DNA of 39,443 bases from a virus (IMGVR_UViG_3300016467_000324:1-39443); one strand, 5' to 3'; counted from the stretch's first letter, positions 19,831-30,952 are shown. Translations and numbers: made by a program. Notes: generated by a model from the letters alone, not told the origin.

Positions 19831-20316
19831 TCACCATGAACTCTGATAATAGAAATCATAATTCCAAATATCATGTCGCTCATTTGGATAATCCTTAGCA
19901 TACATGATTTTCGTTACCAATGGTTCAAATACCTCTCTAGTATACTCTAAATCTTTAAAATACCATTCATCAATCTCAGTACCACCAAAGAAGAAACCTC
20001 CTTGTGGCGGAAGTAATTCTTCTGCCTTAGAATGATCCTCTAGTACCTGACATACAGTATCATAGAGCTCAATAATACAATTTTCGTTTACATAATAAGA
20101 CTTGCAATCATCTTCACCTTCTTGGACATTCTGAACAAACCAATTATGGATTGCATTGGCCTTGCGCCAATAAGCTACCTCAAATGATACCTCTTTGACT
20201 TCCCATTCGGTAGCCATACCCTCTACCAGAGCACTTACCTTAGTTTTAAGTTCCTTATCTGCATCATTCCAAGAAGAAAGATACTGCCGTGCCGTAAAAT
20301 ACATATCCAAGCCCAC
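19831..20316 (-). CDS. conserved hypothetical phage protein
   Basis: GTG start after GGAGG; GLDMY, YWRKANAIH.WF, LLP...GFFFG, YQSSW motifs. Confidence 0.75.
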   Translation of the reverse strand: MGLDMYFTARQYLSSWNDADKELKTKVSALVEGMATEWEVKEVSFEVAYWRKANAIHNWFVQNVQEGEDDCKSYYVNENCIIELYDTVCQVLEDHSKAEELLPPQGGFFFGGTEIDEWYFKDLEYTREVFEPLVTKIMYAKDYPNERHDIWNYDFYYQSSW

Positions 20317-20415
20317 GAAACACCTCCAAATAATATAAATAATAAACAAACACAAAAAATGGGTATCACGATGCGTCAACATCTATACCCTCTAATACTA
20401 AACAGGAGTATCAGC

Positions 20416-20838
20416 ATGAGTATTTATTTTGATGAATTTATCAAAAGTATCAATACATATCTCAAAGAAAATCCAAAATCATACCTAGATTCAATTGATC
20501 CTAATGGTCATTTACCTACTATTCATCCAGAACATTTAAAAGCTTTGAATGAAGGCCGAAGAAATAGTAGAAATTCACCTGAACATAATTCTAGGATAAG
20601 TCAAGTTCACAAAAATAAAATAGTATCAGAAGAAACTAGACTCAAATCTTCAATCTCACATAAAGGTCAAGTATCTGGTTTTAAAAATAAAAACCATAAT
20701 ATTAATACAAAATTAAAAATTAGTCAAACTGTTAAATCTATTGATTATGGTACCAAAACCTGTCCAATATGTGGTAGAATTGGTAAGGTACCATCAATAG
20801 GTAATCACATTAAGAAATGTGAAAGAGAGAATAATTAA
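20416..20838 (+). CDS. NUMOD3-like repeat protein, possibly a degenerate homing endonuclease
   Basis: SPEH..RIS..HK, SEETR.K.S..HKG repeats and CPIC...H...C; AGGAG; TATAAATA at 20334-20341; no recognisable nuclease domain. Confidence 0.65.
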   Translation: MSIYFDEFIKSINTYLKENPKSYLDSIDPNGHLPTIHPEHLKALNEGRRNSRNSPEHNSRISQVHKNKIVSEETRLKSSISHKGQVSGFKNKNHNINTKLKISQTVKSIDYGTKTCPICGRIGKVPSIGNHIKKCERENN

Positions 20839-21235
20839 CCTCTTACTTGTTCAATGTCATGTTGATTTAAAATAACTGAATCTCTAATACTACCATATAC
20901 TTCTATCGGTGTATCCAGATCAACGTGGTGTGTTACCCACCCACCATACTTAACTCTCGACAATCTTACTTTACCAGTAACGGGAAACTCACCCATATAC
21001 TTGCCTGATACTGTCATACCCTCAAGATTCCAGATATCCATTAACCATACTCCCGATAATTCTCAATCTCTTCCCAATCGTTCAATTCTTGACAATCGCC
21101 TTCAGCAGTATCTCGGTCGGTATAACCATTATGTGTGATATACTTCTGAAAATAAGTATCAAAGATATTGTATACAGGTCCGAATTCTTCACCAATAATA
21201 TAACGTGACATAATTTTCTCCATTTGTTGATTCAC

Positions 21236-21315
21236 TTTATGGATCCATCCTATCACAACCATCGGGAATGTAAAGCTCTCCAGGAGAAACAGTGTGTTTC
21301 ACCCGGAGAAACAAT
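21236..21315 (-). promoter_or_regulatory. repeated early-promoter module, copy 4
   Basis: TTTACA-16-TAGGAT; GAAACA at 21286 and 21308. Confidence 0.78.
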
Positions 21316-22355
21316 CACACCTGGGTCGTTTTGAAGAACCAGTCCCGAGCGACTTTGGACGCGACCGAACCAATGTCCTTGGGGATCAAACCAGACTCAA
21401 CAATGGTATCCAATTCTTCTCGGATTGCATCGGAGGTAACCCATTTGATGAAGGTGCCAAGGTTTTCTGGAACAATCTCCAAATGGTTCATTCTAAGATG
21501 ATCCAACCCTTGGTTAAGCCTATTCTCGGTGATGATTTTATCAACGCATTCCTTAATAGAATTAACCTTTTCAACATCAACCGAGGCGAGAGTTTTGACT
21601 TTAGAGGCAGAGTGCTTTTCACCCTTAACCTTGAACATAAAGTCGCCACCAACATAAGGCCAAGTATTGCAAGTCCATACAATACCTTCACCGACACCAG
21701 ATACTCCGAAATACTTACCAACAGGACATTCAGCCTCTACCGATTCAGTCAGTTCAATAAGTTTATTGGAGGTGAGCTCTGGATAATTGAAATCAATATC
21801 CACTTCCCATTTGCCGAAAGTGTAGATATTGAAGATTCTGGCGGCCTCATTATGGCCGATTAGTTCTTGGACATAATCATTTTCCAACCACCGATTAGGT
21901 GCATCCTCATAACCGGAAATCAGTTTGATATTGAATACAACAAACATTTTGTCCAATTCAGATACGGCTACTCCTTTCTGAATACCCTTACCACACCATT
22001 CACCATACACCACAAAACCAGTATAAGCATTCCGATCATATTCAATCTTTTCCAGTATATCAGAAAAGAATTGTTTATTCTTATAGGCAAAGGTGGCAAA
22101 ACCGGCATTATCCTTTTCTGGAGTGATAATGTTTTCTCGACTCTGAGCCCATTGAATACCATCATTGGTTACACCAACAGCGGCATTGGTACCATGAATC
22201 TTGGTAGTGCCGGTGAATCGGAGAATAGGTAATGGCTCTCTATTAAAGATAACATTACCATTTTCATCCTTACCGGCATACCGGGTCTTATCAGTAACCT
22301 TTCGGATTACATTGCGGAATTGTTCAATATGTGGGAATTTACTCATAATAGTCAT
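21315..22355 (-). CDS. RNA ligase (Rnl2-like nucleotidyltransferase)
   Basis: Motif I KIHGTN, QSR, motif III VVYGEW, IIIa FVVFNI, IV EGIV, V FKVK. Confidence 0.88.
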   Translation of the reverse strand: MTIMSKFPHIEQFRNVIRKVTDKTRYAGKDENGNVIFNREPLPILRFTGTTKIHGTNAAVGVTNDGIQWAQSRENIITPEKDNAGFATFAYKNKQFFSDILEKIEYDRNAYTGFVVYGEWCGKGIQKGVAVSELDKMFVVFNIKLISGYEDAPNRWLENDYVQELIGHNEAARIFNIYTFGKWEVDIDFNYPELTSNKLIELTESVEAECPVGKYFGVSGVGEGIVWTCNTWPYVGGDFMFKVKGEKHSASKVKTLASVDVEKVNSIKECVDKIITENRLNQGLDHLRMNHLEIVPENLGTFIKWVTSDAIREELDTIVESGLIPKDIGSVASKVARDWFFKTTQV

Positions 22356-22599
22356 AATATATCTCCTAGACTCGGTTAAGAGTATTAAGCCGTGATTCCA
22401 AAACCTTTAATTGTTTCTTATTAAGATTCAATTCTTGCAAGGTATACTGTAATTGGGCTACAAAATAACCAAATGCGTAGGGGTATGAGGTATACCCTTC
22501 ATCATTAGTGCATTTTGAAATTTCAATACAAGCGGTTTCGACATTCTTAATATATTCATCAGTATTCATAATATAATCTCCAATCAATGTTTCATTCAC

Positions 22600-22754
22600 T
22601 TTATGGAGCTATCCTATCACAAGTGGCCAGGATAGCAAGCTGTCGGCCGTGAAACAATGGCTGGCGATCCAGTAAACAATCAAGCTTTGCGCTTGCGTCT
22701 GGTCTTGACTGGTGCCTTGGAATCTGCGACCAGGAATGCGGTAAGGTCTTGATT
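22600..22754 (-). promoter_or_regulatory. repeated early-promoter module, copy 5, with IHF-consensus site
   Basis: TTGCTA-16-TAGGAT; boxes at 22651 and 22673; AATCAAGACCTTA at 22742-22754 inside the upstream ORF. Confidence 0.75.
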
Positions 22755-23605
22755 TGTAATGGGCTCGAGCGCGTCCTCCTGAGTCTCCTGCACCGTCTTG
22801 GTCTTTTTCTTGACAGGTGCTCTGGATTTCACGGAGGAAGGTTCGATGGTGCGTAGTTCGGTCAGGTCACGGAAAAAGGTATCAAGGGTTTTGTGATTGG
22901 TGGTTATAATATATGAACCACCACGATAGGTAATTACCGTGGTGCATCCATTATAACGGAAAGGTTCTTTATTAATGATATTAATATAACCTGAAGGTAG
23001 GGTTTCTGTAGTGAAACCCAATAACTCAAAGTCTTCCTTTGTCATTATTCAAAATTATCCCAGCTGGCAACACTAAATCTCAGAGAGATATAAACCTTAT
23101 CATTATCTACAGTCTGATTATATGTCTGAACAACAAAACCACCACATTCAATAGTGAATTCAGATTCATTTCGCCTAATCATATCAGTCAGACAATCCTT
23201 GATTAGTTTTCGGGCATAACGACGAATATCACCTTCGGAGATTTCATCATAACCAGCCCAATTCCAATCAAGTAACTCCATTACCTTATGAACCCTTCCA
23301 AAATCAAAATTGTCCATAATATAATCAATACTATCCTGAATCTGGTCATTAAATTGCATTGTCATTTTCTTCCTCCTTATGAATACTAAAATAAAAATCT
23401 CTATACTGTTTTCCGGTACAATAAAACTGAATTACTTGCAGTAGCGAATCAAGGAATTCAACATTATCTTTACCGTGTTCCAATTCCAGTTTATACTGGA
23501 TCATTAATTCTTCTCGGACAATTTCATCAATACCAATAGCCTCTTCGGTATAGGAATATGTGGATTGGGGTTGTGGTTTAAGATAATTAGTATAATTAAA
23601 CATAT

Positions 23606-23905
23606 TTACACCAAATGATGATAAGTACCGTTAAAAGAAATCGGCGGGATATACATAGAATACCCACGAATCTTGGACTGTTTATTGGTATGATGAACAA
23701 CCCAATGCGGTTCAATACCCTTACTCCGAAGGGCTTCAATCAAAACACCAGCATCACAATCTTCCTCTAGGTATACATTGGTACCACGGGCATATGAATA
23801 TGGTGAGATTTTGTCTACAATATCCAGCTTAATAAGGTCGGTGAATTTGACCTTGATCCAGCCGTGGCCGGCATCCGTATATACATTAAATTTTCTGATT
23901 TTCAT
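23606..23905 (-). CDS. conserved hypothetical phage protein
   Basis: D.GHGW..V, IS.YSY, YLEEDCDA motifs. Confidence 0.7.
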   Translation of the reverse strand: MKIRKFNVYTDAGHGWIKVKFTDLIKLDIVDKISPYSYARGTNVYLEEDCDAGVLIEALRSKGIEPHWVVHHTNKQSKIRGYSMYIPPISFNGTYHHLV

Positions 23906-24157
23906 AATATAATCTCCAATAATTAAACTACAGGCAACCAATTATCATTGCGGAATACATACTTCACCAATTCATTGCGAAATGGTGTAACTGGTTCCCA
24001 TACTTCCATGTAGAATTTAACATCCTTCATAGTATCATACTTCTCATATTCTTTGATAAGGTTATAAGCCTGTTTCCAAGAAACATCAGAAAAGGTATTA
24101 AATGCGGCCGGGGTTTTAATAGTAAATTTCATAATATAATCTCCATTTGTTGTTTCA

Positions 24158-24238
24158 ATTTATGGTGCTATCCTATCACAACCAACGGAGATTGCAAGCT
24201 CTATCCAAGAAACAGACTGTTTACTGGATCGTAGCAAT
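24158..24238 (-). promoter_or_regulatory. repeated early-promoter module, copy 6
   Basis: TTGCAA-16-TAGGAT; GAAACA at 24209, degenerate box at 24231. Confidence 0.78.
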
Positions 24239-24985
24239 CTGGTGCATCAAGACACCGAACAAGGAATGGATCAGGTCGATTGACTTACCCACCAATACCT
24301 TTGTGGCTTGCGGGTTAATAACCGAACCGATTAGATATAATAGACCAACAACCTTAGCCATATTCATTCACCTAATTAACATTGAATTAATTTCGTCTAC
24401 TTTTTCTTTAACAGTAAATACCTTACCAGAAAGTAGGTAAACGAAAGAATCTCCTCTAATATACTCATCTTTCTTTCGTTCATGGTTATAAGTAAACGTA
24501 TTCACCACAGCGGAGATATGGTCTTTCCGAATAGTAACCTTACCACTTGGATATTCATCACCACCACTATTAGTACGAAATGCGGTTAATTGGATATAAT
24601 CAGACATTATTAATCCTCCTCAATATCTACAATATCACCCATTTCACGGTTATATTCATCACAATCATTCCAATTACCATTCATAAACTCAGCACGAGCC
24701 TGTTCAATAGATTCAGCCTCAATAACGGTCTTATAAGTTACAGTTTCTTCCCAAGTTACTACATATTCTTTCATAATATAATCCCCAATTACCAGCAATC
24801 TTCATCAAAATGGTCAGGTTCATAGTCTCCATCATAATCATCCCAATCCACATTAGGATTCGCATGAGAATAACCATGACTTCTGTTATACAACCTATTG
24901 CCGGAATCTAATACACCGGTATCACGATTATAGTCCAAAGCAGACCCGTTATAATCTCTATAATTACTCATAATATAAACTCCTA

Positions 24986-25258
24986 TTATTTAAATACAAT
25001 TAGTGCCATCAGAAGGGATTGGGTAAAGAAACCAATACCATTTGAGGTGATATGTAACATATCTTTTTGAATAATGGCGCGAATAAGGTATAGGATTAAA
25101 CCTAACCATACCATCACGACCATCGAAATCGGCGGAAGATTAGTCGAATTACCGACTAATACGTTATATGTGACAGGCAGCGTGGCTGACTGAATTGAGA
25201 GCATTCCTAACCAACCCGAGAGGTTGCCAATTTTGTGTGCTTTGTTGTTTTTTTTCAT
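24986..25258 (-). CDS. small three-helix membrane protein
   Basis: Three hydrophobic segments; GGAG ribosome-binding site; first gene after promoter copy 7. Confidence 0.65.
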   Translation of the reverse strand: MKKNNKAHKIGNLSGWLGMLSIQSATLPVTYNVLVGNSTNLPPISMVVMVWLGLILYLIRAIIQKDMLHITSNGIGFFTQSLLMALIVFK

Positions 25259-25270
25259 AATATCTCCAAA

Positions 25271-25356
25271 TTTCAAACTATGGAGAGATTGTATCAGAAC
25301 CGGCCAGGATTGCAAGCTCTAGGAGGGAAACAGTCTGTCAACCAGGAAGAAACAAT
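25271..25356 (-). promoter_or_regulatory. repeated early-promoter module, copy 7
   Basis: TTGCAA-16-TACAAT; GAAACA at 25327 and 25349. Confidence 0.8.
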
Positions 25357-25542
25357 CAGGACTTGATATACTCCCAAGGAATACCATACAAATAAGAAAA
25401 TTCTATTAGTTTATCTTTTACTGGTGTATCCCCAACAAATACCCAATCAATATCTTTGTGCATATTGTCGGTTTCCAACAGTATAGAATCAATATGGTCT
25501 TCAGTAATAGATTCAGTAATGGTAATATTAATTCTCATTTTT

Positions 25543-26094
25543 TTATTCATCTTTCGGATGTCCCATCATTATCTTTCTATGTGCATGACCACCAATATCT
25601 CGGGTATAATAATTACTACCCTTTTCTCTTGTTACCTTTTTGCCAGGTAATAGTTTCTTTGCTTTTGCAGAAGATACTTCAGGATGACCATGTTTTCTTG
25701 ATATTTTCTCAACAGCACCAGATACTTCACCCCATGCCCTTTGCTGTTCATGGTCTTCCAAATTGGTTTTCTTATAATCTTTTTTCCCTTGTTCTGAACC
25801 ATCAGTACCGGCTGCTACTAGTTTTCTTCCATGTTGTTTCTTATATAATGAAACAGATGAAATCTTACCGTTTCTTTTGGTTGCTTTAATAACACCGTGG
25901 GATATATCGTGGTGTATTGCGTCTGATTCTTCTTTTGAACCAGAAGTATGACCGGCATACCCACCAATACTTTTATAAGAATGGTGCAGTATATCGTGAA
26001 TTTCCTGTCTATGTTTCTCACGGTGTATCTCATGGTTTGGATTTAAACCAATAGATAAAACCTTTTCGGTAATAAATTCTTTGAATGTCTGCAT
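25543..26094 (-). CDS. putative capsid-packaged internal protein
   Basis: N-terminus MQTFKEFITE resembles the T4 capsid-targeting sequence (MKTYQEFIAE); His/Lys-rich; GATAAATA late-type promoter at 26117-26124. Confidence 0.55.
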   Translation of the reverse strand: MQTFKEFITEKVLSIGLNPNHEIHREKHRQEIHDILHHSYKSIGGYAGHTSGSKEESDAIHHDISHGVIKATKRNGKISSVSLYKKQHGRKLVAAGTDGSEQGKKDYKKTNLEDHEQQRAWGEVSGAVEKISRKHGHPEVSSAKAKKLLPGKKVTREKGSNYYTRDIGGHAHRKIMMGHPKDE

Positions 26095-26670
26095 GATAGT
26101 ATAACGTAAATACTATTATTTATCGGTGTTAGGTATAAAGACAGGTAACCAATTGCAATGTCCTGGAATAATGCCCATTGGTTCTTTTACCAATAGAGCA
26201 TTATCCAAGAATGGTGTCCAGAATAAATCGCCATCTTTATCCATACCAATATATTCGGTATCAATTTCATTCCACATTCCAATGCAATACATTATTGCCA
26301 TCTTGATTTACCCTTTCTGGTATACTGTTTCTTGGACTTATACACGACCGATTTATTATATCGGTGTGCGAATTTTGATACTGGATTGAACATATTACCT
26401 CCTAACTGAAAACCATTTTATTAACTTTACCGATAATGGTATAACATTCCATGAAACCTTCTTCGGTTGCCCATGTAATTTTGTCATTACCTTGCTCAAA
26501 AGTGAATACGATATTGGCTGAACCTGCAATACCTACCTTATAAATGTTAGATAGATATGCAACCCTTCCTTCTCCCGTGGATTTATTCTGCACAAAATAA
26601 TAGGTATTAATTTCCATATTTCGTTTGGGAATAGGTGCATGAATAATAGTTTGCATTATATAATCTCCAA

Positions 26671-27057
26671 TTAAGTATAAACTTCTACATTACCAAAACG
26701 AAGGACTTTGGTTTCATACTTATATTCTTCTTCATCATAATGGTTTTCCTTTTCTGCACTGGTATCAAAATCAGTATCAAAGGTATGGAAGATACCAAGA
26801 TCATGGATATGGTCATACTTATTGGTTTTAATATCTGATTTTAGTATGCAACCAATAGAACCGGCATCCACACAACAGCTACCACCAATACTAGTGTGAT
26901 ATACACCATCACCATAAACGGTAGAATATAAGGCGAATTTGCGACCATCCTTTAAAGTAAATTCTCCATCCCATGATTCCCTATCACATACTTCATCCCA
27001 TTCCTGGTCATTCATAACATAACACAGGTCACCAATATAGTATTCACCAGCTTTCAT
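26671..27057 (-). CDS. conserved hypothetical phage protein
   Basis: YYIGDLCYV, T.YGDG.Y, VDAG.IG motifs. Confidence 0.7.
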   Translation of the reverse strand: MKAGEYYIGDLCYVMNDQEWDEVCDRESWDGEFTLKDGRKFALYSTVYGDGVYHTSIGGSCCVDAGSIGCILKSDIKTNKYDHIHDLGIFHTFDTDFDTSAEKENHYDEEEYKYETKVLRFGNVEVYT

Positions 27058-27263
27058 TAATCATCCTCCCCAACAAGATAAGAAATATCCCTTTCTATAC
27101 ATTCTTTAATCAATTCATTATCGGTCATATTATCATAACCCTTGAATCCACTCCGAAGAATATCTACAAAATATGAATAATCATCATAATGTAGTGCATC
27201 AATATCATCATCAATAAGAATATCAATAACCTTTTCACGTTCAAACATAACATAAACTCCTAA

Positions 27264-27653
27264 TTATACTTCAAATACTTTTGACAATTCTTCGGTCAAT
27301 ACTTCAACCAATTCAGGGTCACGATACCCATAATTGTCGGGAACATCCAATACATGGACAGGCTTATCCCAACCATATTCTTCTAATAGTGCCAATACTT
27401 GGGTTTTCTGATGATTATCCATAACTACCACTTCATCAGCCCAACATACATTAACCGCATCGAGCATTACCATTGCATATTCTGGATTAGCACCTACTGC
27501 CCGAGTATTGAAATTGAATGGTGCGTTGGATAATACCCATGCAGCTGTGGGACTACGCAATAGTCCAGCAGAACACACACACAATACCTTTTTGAAATCT
27601 CCCTGATAGGGATTCTTTGAATTACCGAGACGGTTACGGGTTACATTTGACAT
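27264..27653 (-). CDS. low-molecular-weight protein tyrosine phosphatase-like protein
   Basis: P-loop VCSAGLLRS (C-x5-R-S), WAD.VVVM, LDVPD.Y. Confidence 0.85.
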   Translation of the reverse strand: MSNVTRNRLGNSKNPYQGDFKKVLCVCSAGLLRSPTAAWVLSNAPFNFNTRAVGANPEYAMVMLDAVNVCWADEVVVMDNHQKTQVLALLEEYGWDKPVHVLDVPDNYGYRDPELVEVLTEELSKVFEV

Positions 27654-27877
27654 AGTATTTACTCTTAATTAGTGAAAAGAAACGGTGTAACCAGTATACT
27701 TAAACAAACTGGTATTGTTCCATGCTGACATACAAGCATCAGCGAATGCTTCAGCCATATCGAATTTACGGAAAGGTTTTGCAACCGATACTTCTTTATA
27801 CTGGTCGTCTACGACACAAGTAAAGGTCACATAAAAGGCTTTATTTTCAGTATTCATAATATAATCTCCAATCAATC

Positions 27878-27965
27878 TTTCAAACTATGGGGAGATTGTA
27901 TCAGAACCGGCCGGGATTGCAAGCCCCTGGCCGTGAAACAGTCTGCTAACTCCGGCGAAACAATG
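27878..27965 (-). promoter_or_regulatory. repeated early-promoter module, copy 8
   Basis: TTGCAA-16-TACAAT; GAAACA at 27935 and 27957. Confidence 0.8.
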
Positions 27966-28396
27966 CGTCCCCTGCTTCCTTCGGGAAGGTTGAACCCCAC
28001 TTGGTGATAAATTGTTTATCGGTTTCTTCATCACTTCCGGATATAGCTGAAATATAGTATTTGATTCCATCATATGTATCATTAACCATTACTATACCAA
28101 CATTAGTAAGACCACAAAACCACATTACGTCAAGAACTTCCATTATAGTGCCTTAATTTGTTCCAAAATAGTATTCAATTCATTATCATCTTCAATATGA
28201 CCAATAACGTCACCGGTTATTGGTGTAGAGTATGTCAAAGAAAAACTTTCATTATCTTCATCAGAGAACTGAATAACAGCCAATTCAGTACCATATGACA
28301 TCCAGCTATTAATTACTGATGCACCATAACCATTATCAAATCGGTAAATATCTTGACTACCACCATTAAGGGAACGGGTCAATACTGGTTCAAACA

Positions 28397-28834
28397 TTAT
28401 GCAGCCTCCTGGTTATCATACGGATCGGTATATCCATTTTCAATAATTTCAAATTCTAAATCATGCCATTCGCCATTATATTCTACTGACCAGACATTAT
28501 CCTTGGTGAAGATATAATTATATTCTTCAAATGTAGCATTTTCTTCATAATCATCGAAATCCTTAAAATGACGGATTTCAGTATATTCACCACGATTGGT
28601 ATAATAATTGGTGAAATCACGGTCATGGTTACTAAAATCCATCGGCTTATCAGAGATATAACGACCGAGTGATGAAATAGCCGCACCCATAATCAGCTTC
28701 TCGACCAATTCCCGGGAATTATAATACTTATTCAGAATAACACCATTATTTGACAAGTATCCGTCCCAATGGCAGTATACTTGGTGGATGGTGCCGTTTG
28801 CATTTTCGATAGCGATGGTTGATCGTGTAGCCAT
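28397..28834 (-). CDS. conserved hypothetical phage protein
   Basis: MATRSTI...VYCHWDGY...G..L and EEYNYIF motifs; first gene after promoter copy 9. Confidence 0.75.
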   Translation of the reverse strand: MATRSTIAIENANGTIHQVYCHWDGYLSNNGVILNKYYNSRELVEKLIMGAAISSLGRYISDKPMDFSNHDRDFTNYYTNRGEYTEIRHFKDFDDYEENATFEEYNYIFTKDNVWSVEYNGEWHDLEFEIIENGYTDPYDNQEAA

Positions 28835-28856
28835 TTGATTTTCTCCTTTGTGTCTC

Positions 28857-29034
28857 TCAAACTATGGACAAATTGTATCAGAACCAGGGCGGAAGTCAAG
28901 CCCTCCGAACGGCTCATTCCGTAAACAATGCTGAGCGATTTTGTTAGCAGTGGAGGTTGTCTCCGTGAAGGTCAACACCAAGGCGCGCTGACGGCATCCA
29001 CGGAGGAAGGATTCGATACGGTAAGTGGTTGATC
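28857..29034 (-). promoter_or_regulatory. repeated early-promoter module, copy 9, with IHF-like site
   Basis: TTGACT-16-TACAAT; TAAACA at 28922; GATCAACCACTTA at 29022-29034. Confidence 0.8.
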
Positions 29035-29903
29035 CTAATAACCGTGGACCAGCTCACCAAGTGCCTTGGCCAGGTGCTTTGCATCATACATGGATAGAAC
29101 CAGTTTTTCTTCACCATTTGAATCAATTTTAATACAAAAGTCACCATATTCATTATATTCTTTTGATACTGAATAGTGGATATCGGTATCACCAAGAATA
29201 AAGATAGACATTGAATACATTGACATATTAATACTCCACAATCTCTTTAACAAATTGACAAAACCACTGGATAACCACAATTGTCAACATAAGATTAAAA
29301 ATATCCCATCCATGAATATCATAATGTCTGCTCATAATGTATCCGATAGACCAATACCCAATTAGGTCTACAATATATGATCCCAGTTTCTTCATATTAC
29401 AGGACCACCGCCAATAGGAAAGAAATAAAAGACAAAACGAAAATCAATTCGGATGGTTTATCTTTTGATTGAACAACCAAACCAGCCAATAGAAATAGTC
29501 CAGACAATATAGTAAACAAATCATTCATAATATAACTCCTAATAATTACTCTCAAGATTCTTTAATGCTTTGATAAAACTACCCAATTCACCTTTACTAA
29601 TGAATAGATTTGCCTCAATATCATATTCCAAAAAAGCATCATCTTTCATATAGATATAGATCCCATGTATATTCTGTTCCAATTTGAAATAGGCCAGTGT
29701 AGTTTCATCATGGAGTTCAATACTTGTGTTAATTACTGGCATATTATGTTCTCACCATTGCTTGACAGTATACAAAATCACCAACATGAATCATGGTAAC
29801 TGATATTCCACCAGATACTTTCCACCCTTCACACATATACTTAATAACTTCGGTTTCCAATTTGTGTTTATCGGTACTTTGCAGTATTGCATAAGATTCC
29901 ATA

Positions 29904-30656
29904 TTATGCCACCTTTTTCAGTTCAAATTGCGGATACTTAACGAAGCCAGAGGTATCTTTCTTCGCTTTACCTTTTGCATATAGTCCGACAATAACACCC
30001 TTTGGATCAAGGAATCGAAGGTCGGAATCATCACCATTAAATACCGGCATTTCCATGTAAGTATCAGGCATTGCTTCTGTTTTCTTCAATCCAAATACTA
30101 CAGCGATATTATAACCATACTGTTTTGCAAGGTATACGTCCATATCATTACCATCAGCAGCAGAGAATGTCAGGTGGTAATTTGGGATATTTGATACCTT
30201 ACGACCGAGTACCTTGGTATAATCATAGAATTGGACTTCAGGAAAGGCTTCAAAGATATTGGCAAACTTAATACCATATCGGGTTACTGAATACTTTTCC
30301 CATGAAATATCAGAAGTACCATTCAGTCTGAATACTGGAATCAGATTGATTTTGAGTGACTGCTTAATACCCAATTCAATATCTTTAACCAATTGGTTCA
30401 TAAAGGTATTACGGTCTTCAAAAAACATTTTGGTTTTGCGAATACGAGCCTTTTGGATGGCATTGGTGGTTTCACCTGTTTTAAACATACCACCACGTCC
30501 AGCAGTATTCAAGCAGGCTGCGGTGCAACCAGCAGTCCGTTTCGGGCAGGTTTCATAACCAGAAAGGTCAGCAGGTGCAAGGTGCAGGATATAGGTATTG
30601 TACCCTTGAGCCATACCTTTGAGGACTTTCGGGTTACCGGTTGACAATAGTTTCAT
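29904..30656 (-). CDS. GP88-family protein (radical-SAM-like Cys cluster)
   Basis: CP....GC...CL...GRG, RLNGTSDI, FYDYTK, NYHLTFS, GD.SDLRF.D motifs. Confidence 0.75.
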   Translation of the reverse strand: MKLLSTGNPKVLKGMAQGYNTYILHLAPADLSGYETCPKRTAGCTAACLNTAGRGGMFKTGETTNAIQKARIRKTKMFFEDRNTFMNQLVKDIELGIKQSLKINLIPVFRLNGTSDISWEKYSVTRYGIKFANIFEAFPEVQFYDYTKVLGRKVSNIPNYHLTFSAADGNDMDVYLAKQYGYNIAVVFGLKKTEAMPDTYMEMPVFNGDDSDLRFLDPKGVIVGLYAKGKAKKDTSGFVKYPQFELKKVA

Positions 30657-30863
30657 AATATAATCTCCTAATTAATTCAATTCAAGGTGGTCGATATTCG
30701 ATTCAGTATTCAACCTGACTGCTGACTGGATCGTGGACCATTCTGATGGGTCAATAGTAGCGAATTCCACTAGAAACCCTTTGTTGGTGTGACTGATACC
30801 GAACCGAGTCAACCAATGGGCGACAAGGTCGAACTCTTTTTTGGTGTTGGTCTTAACTTTCAT

Positions 30864-30952
30864 CATGGGGAAATTGTATCAGAACCACGGAGGAAGTCAA
30901 CCAGCGGAACAGGCTCATTCCGTAAACAGTCTGTCAACCAGGGAGAAACAAT
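30864..30952 (-). promoter_or_regulatory. repeated early-promoter module, copy 10
   Basis: TTGACT-16-TACAAT; TAAACA at 30923, AAAACA at 30945. Confidence 0.8.

Noticed and set aside
28944-29195. Minus-strand ORFs crossing promoter modules (14884..15114, 28944..29195, 34019..34363)
   Set aside because: They overlap better ORFs in other frames and run through GC-richer regulatory repeats that lack stops by chance.
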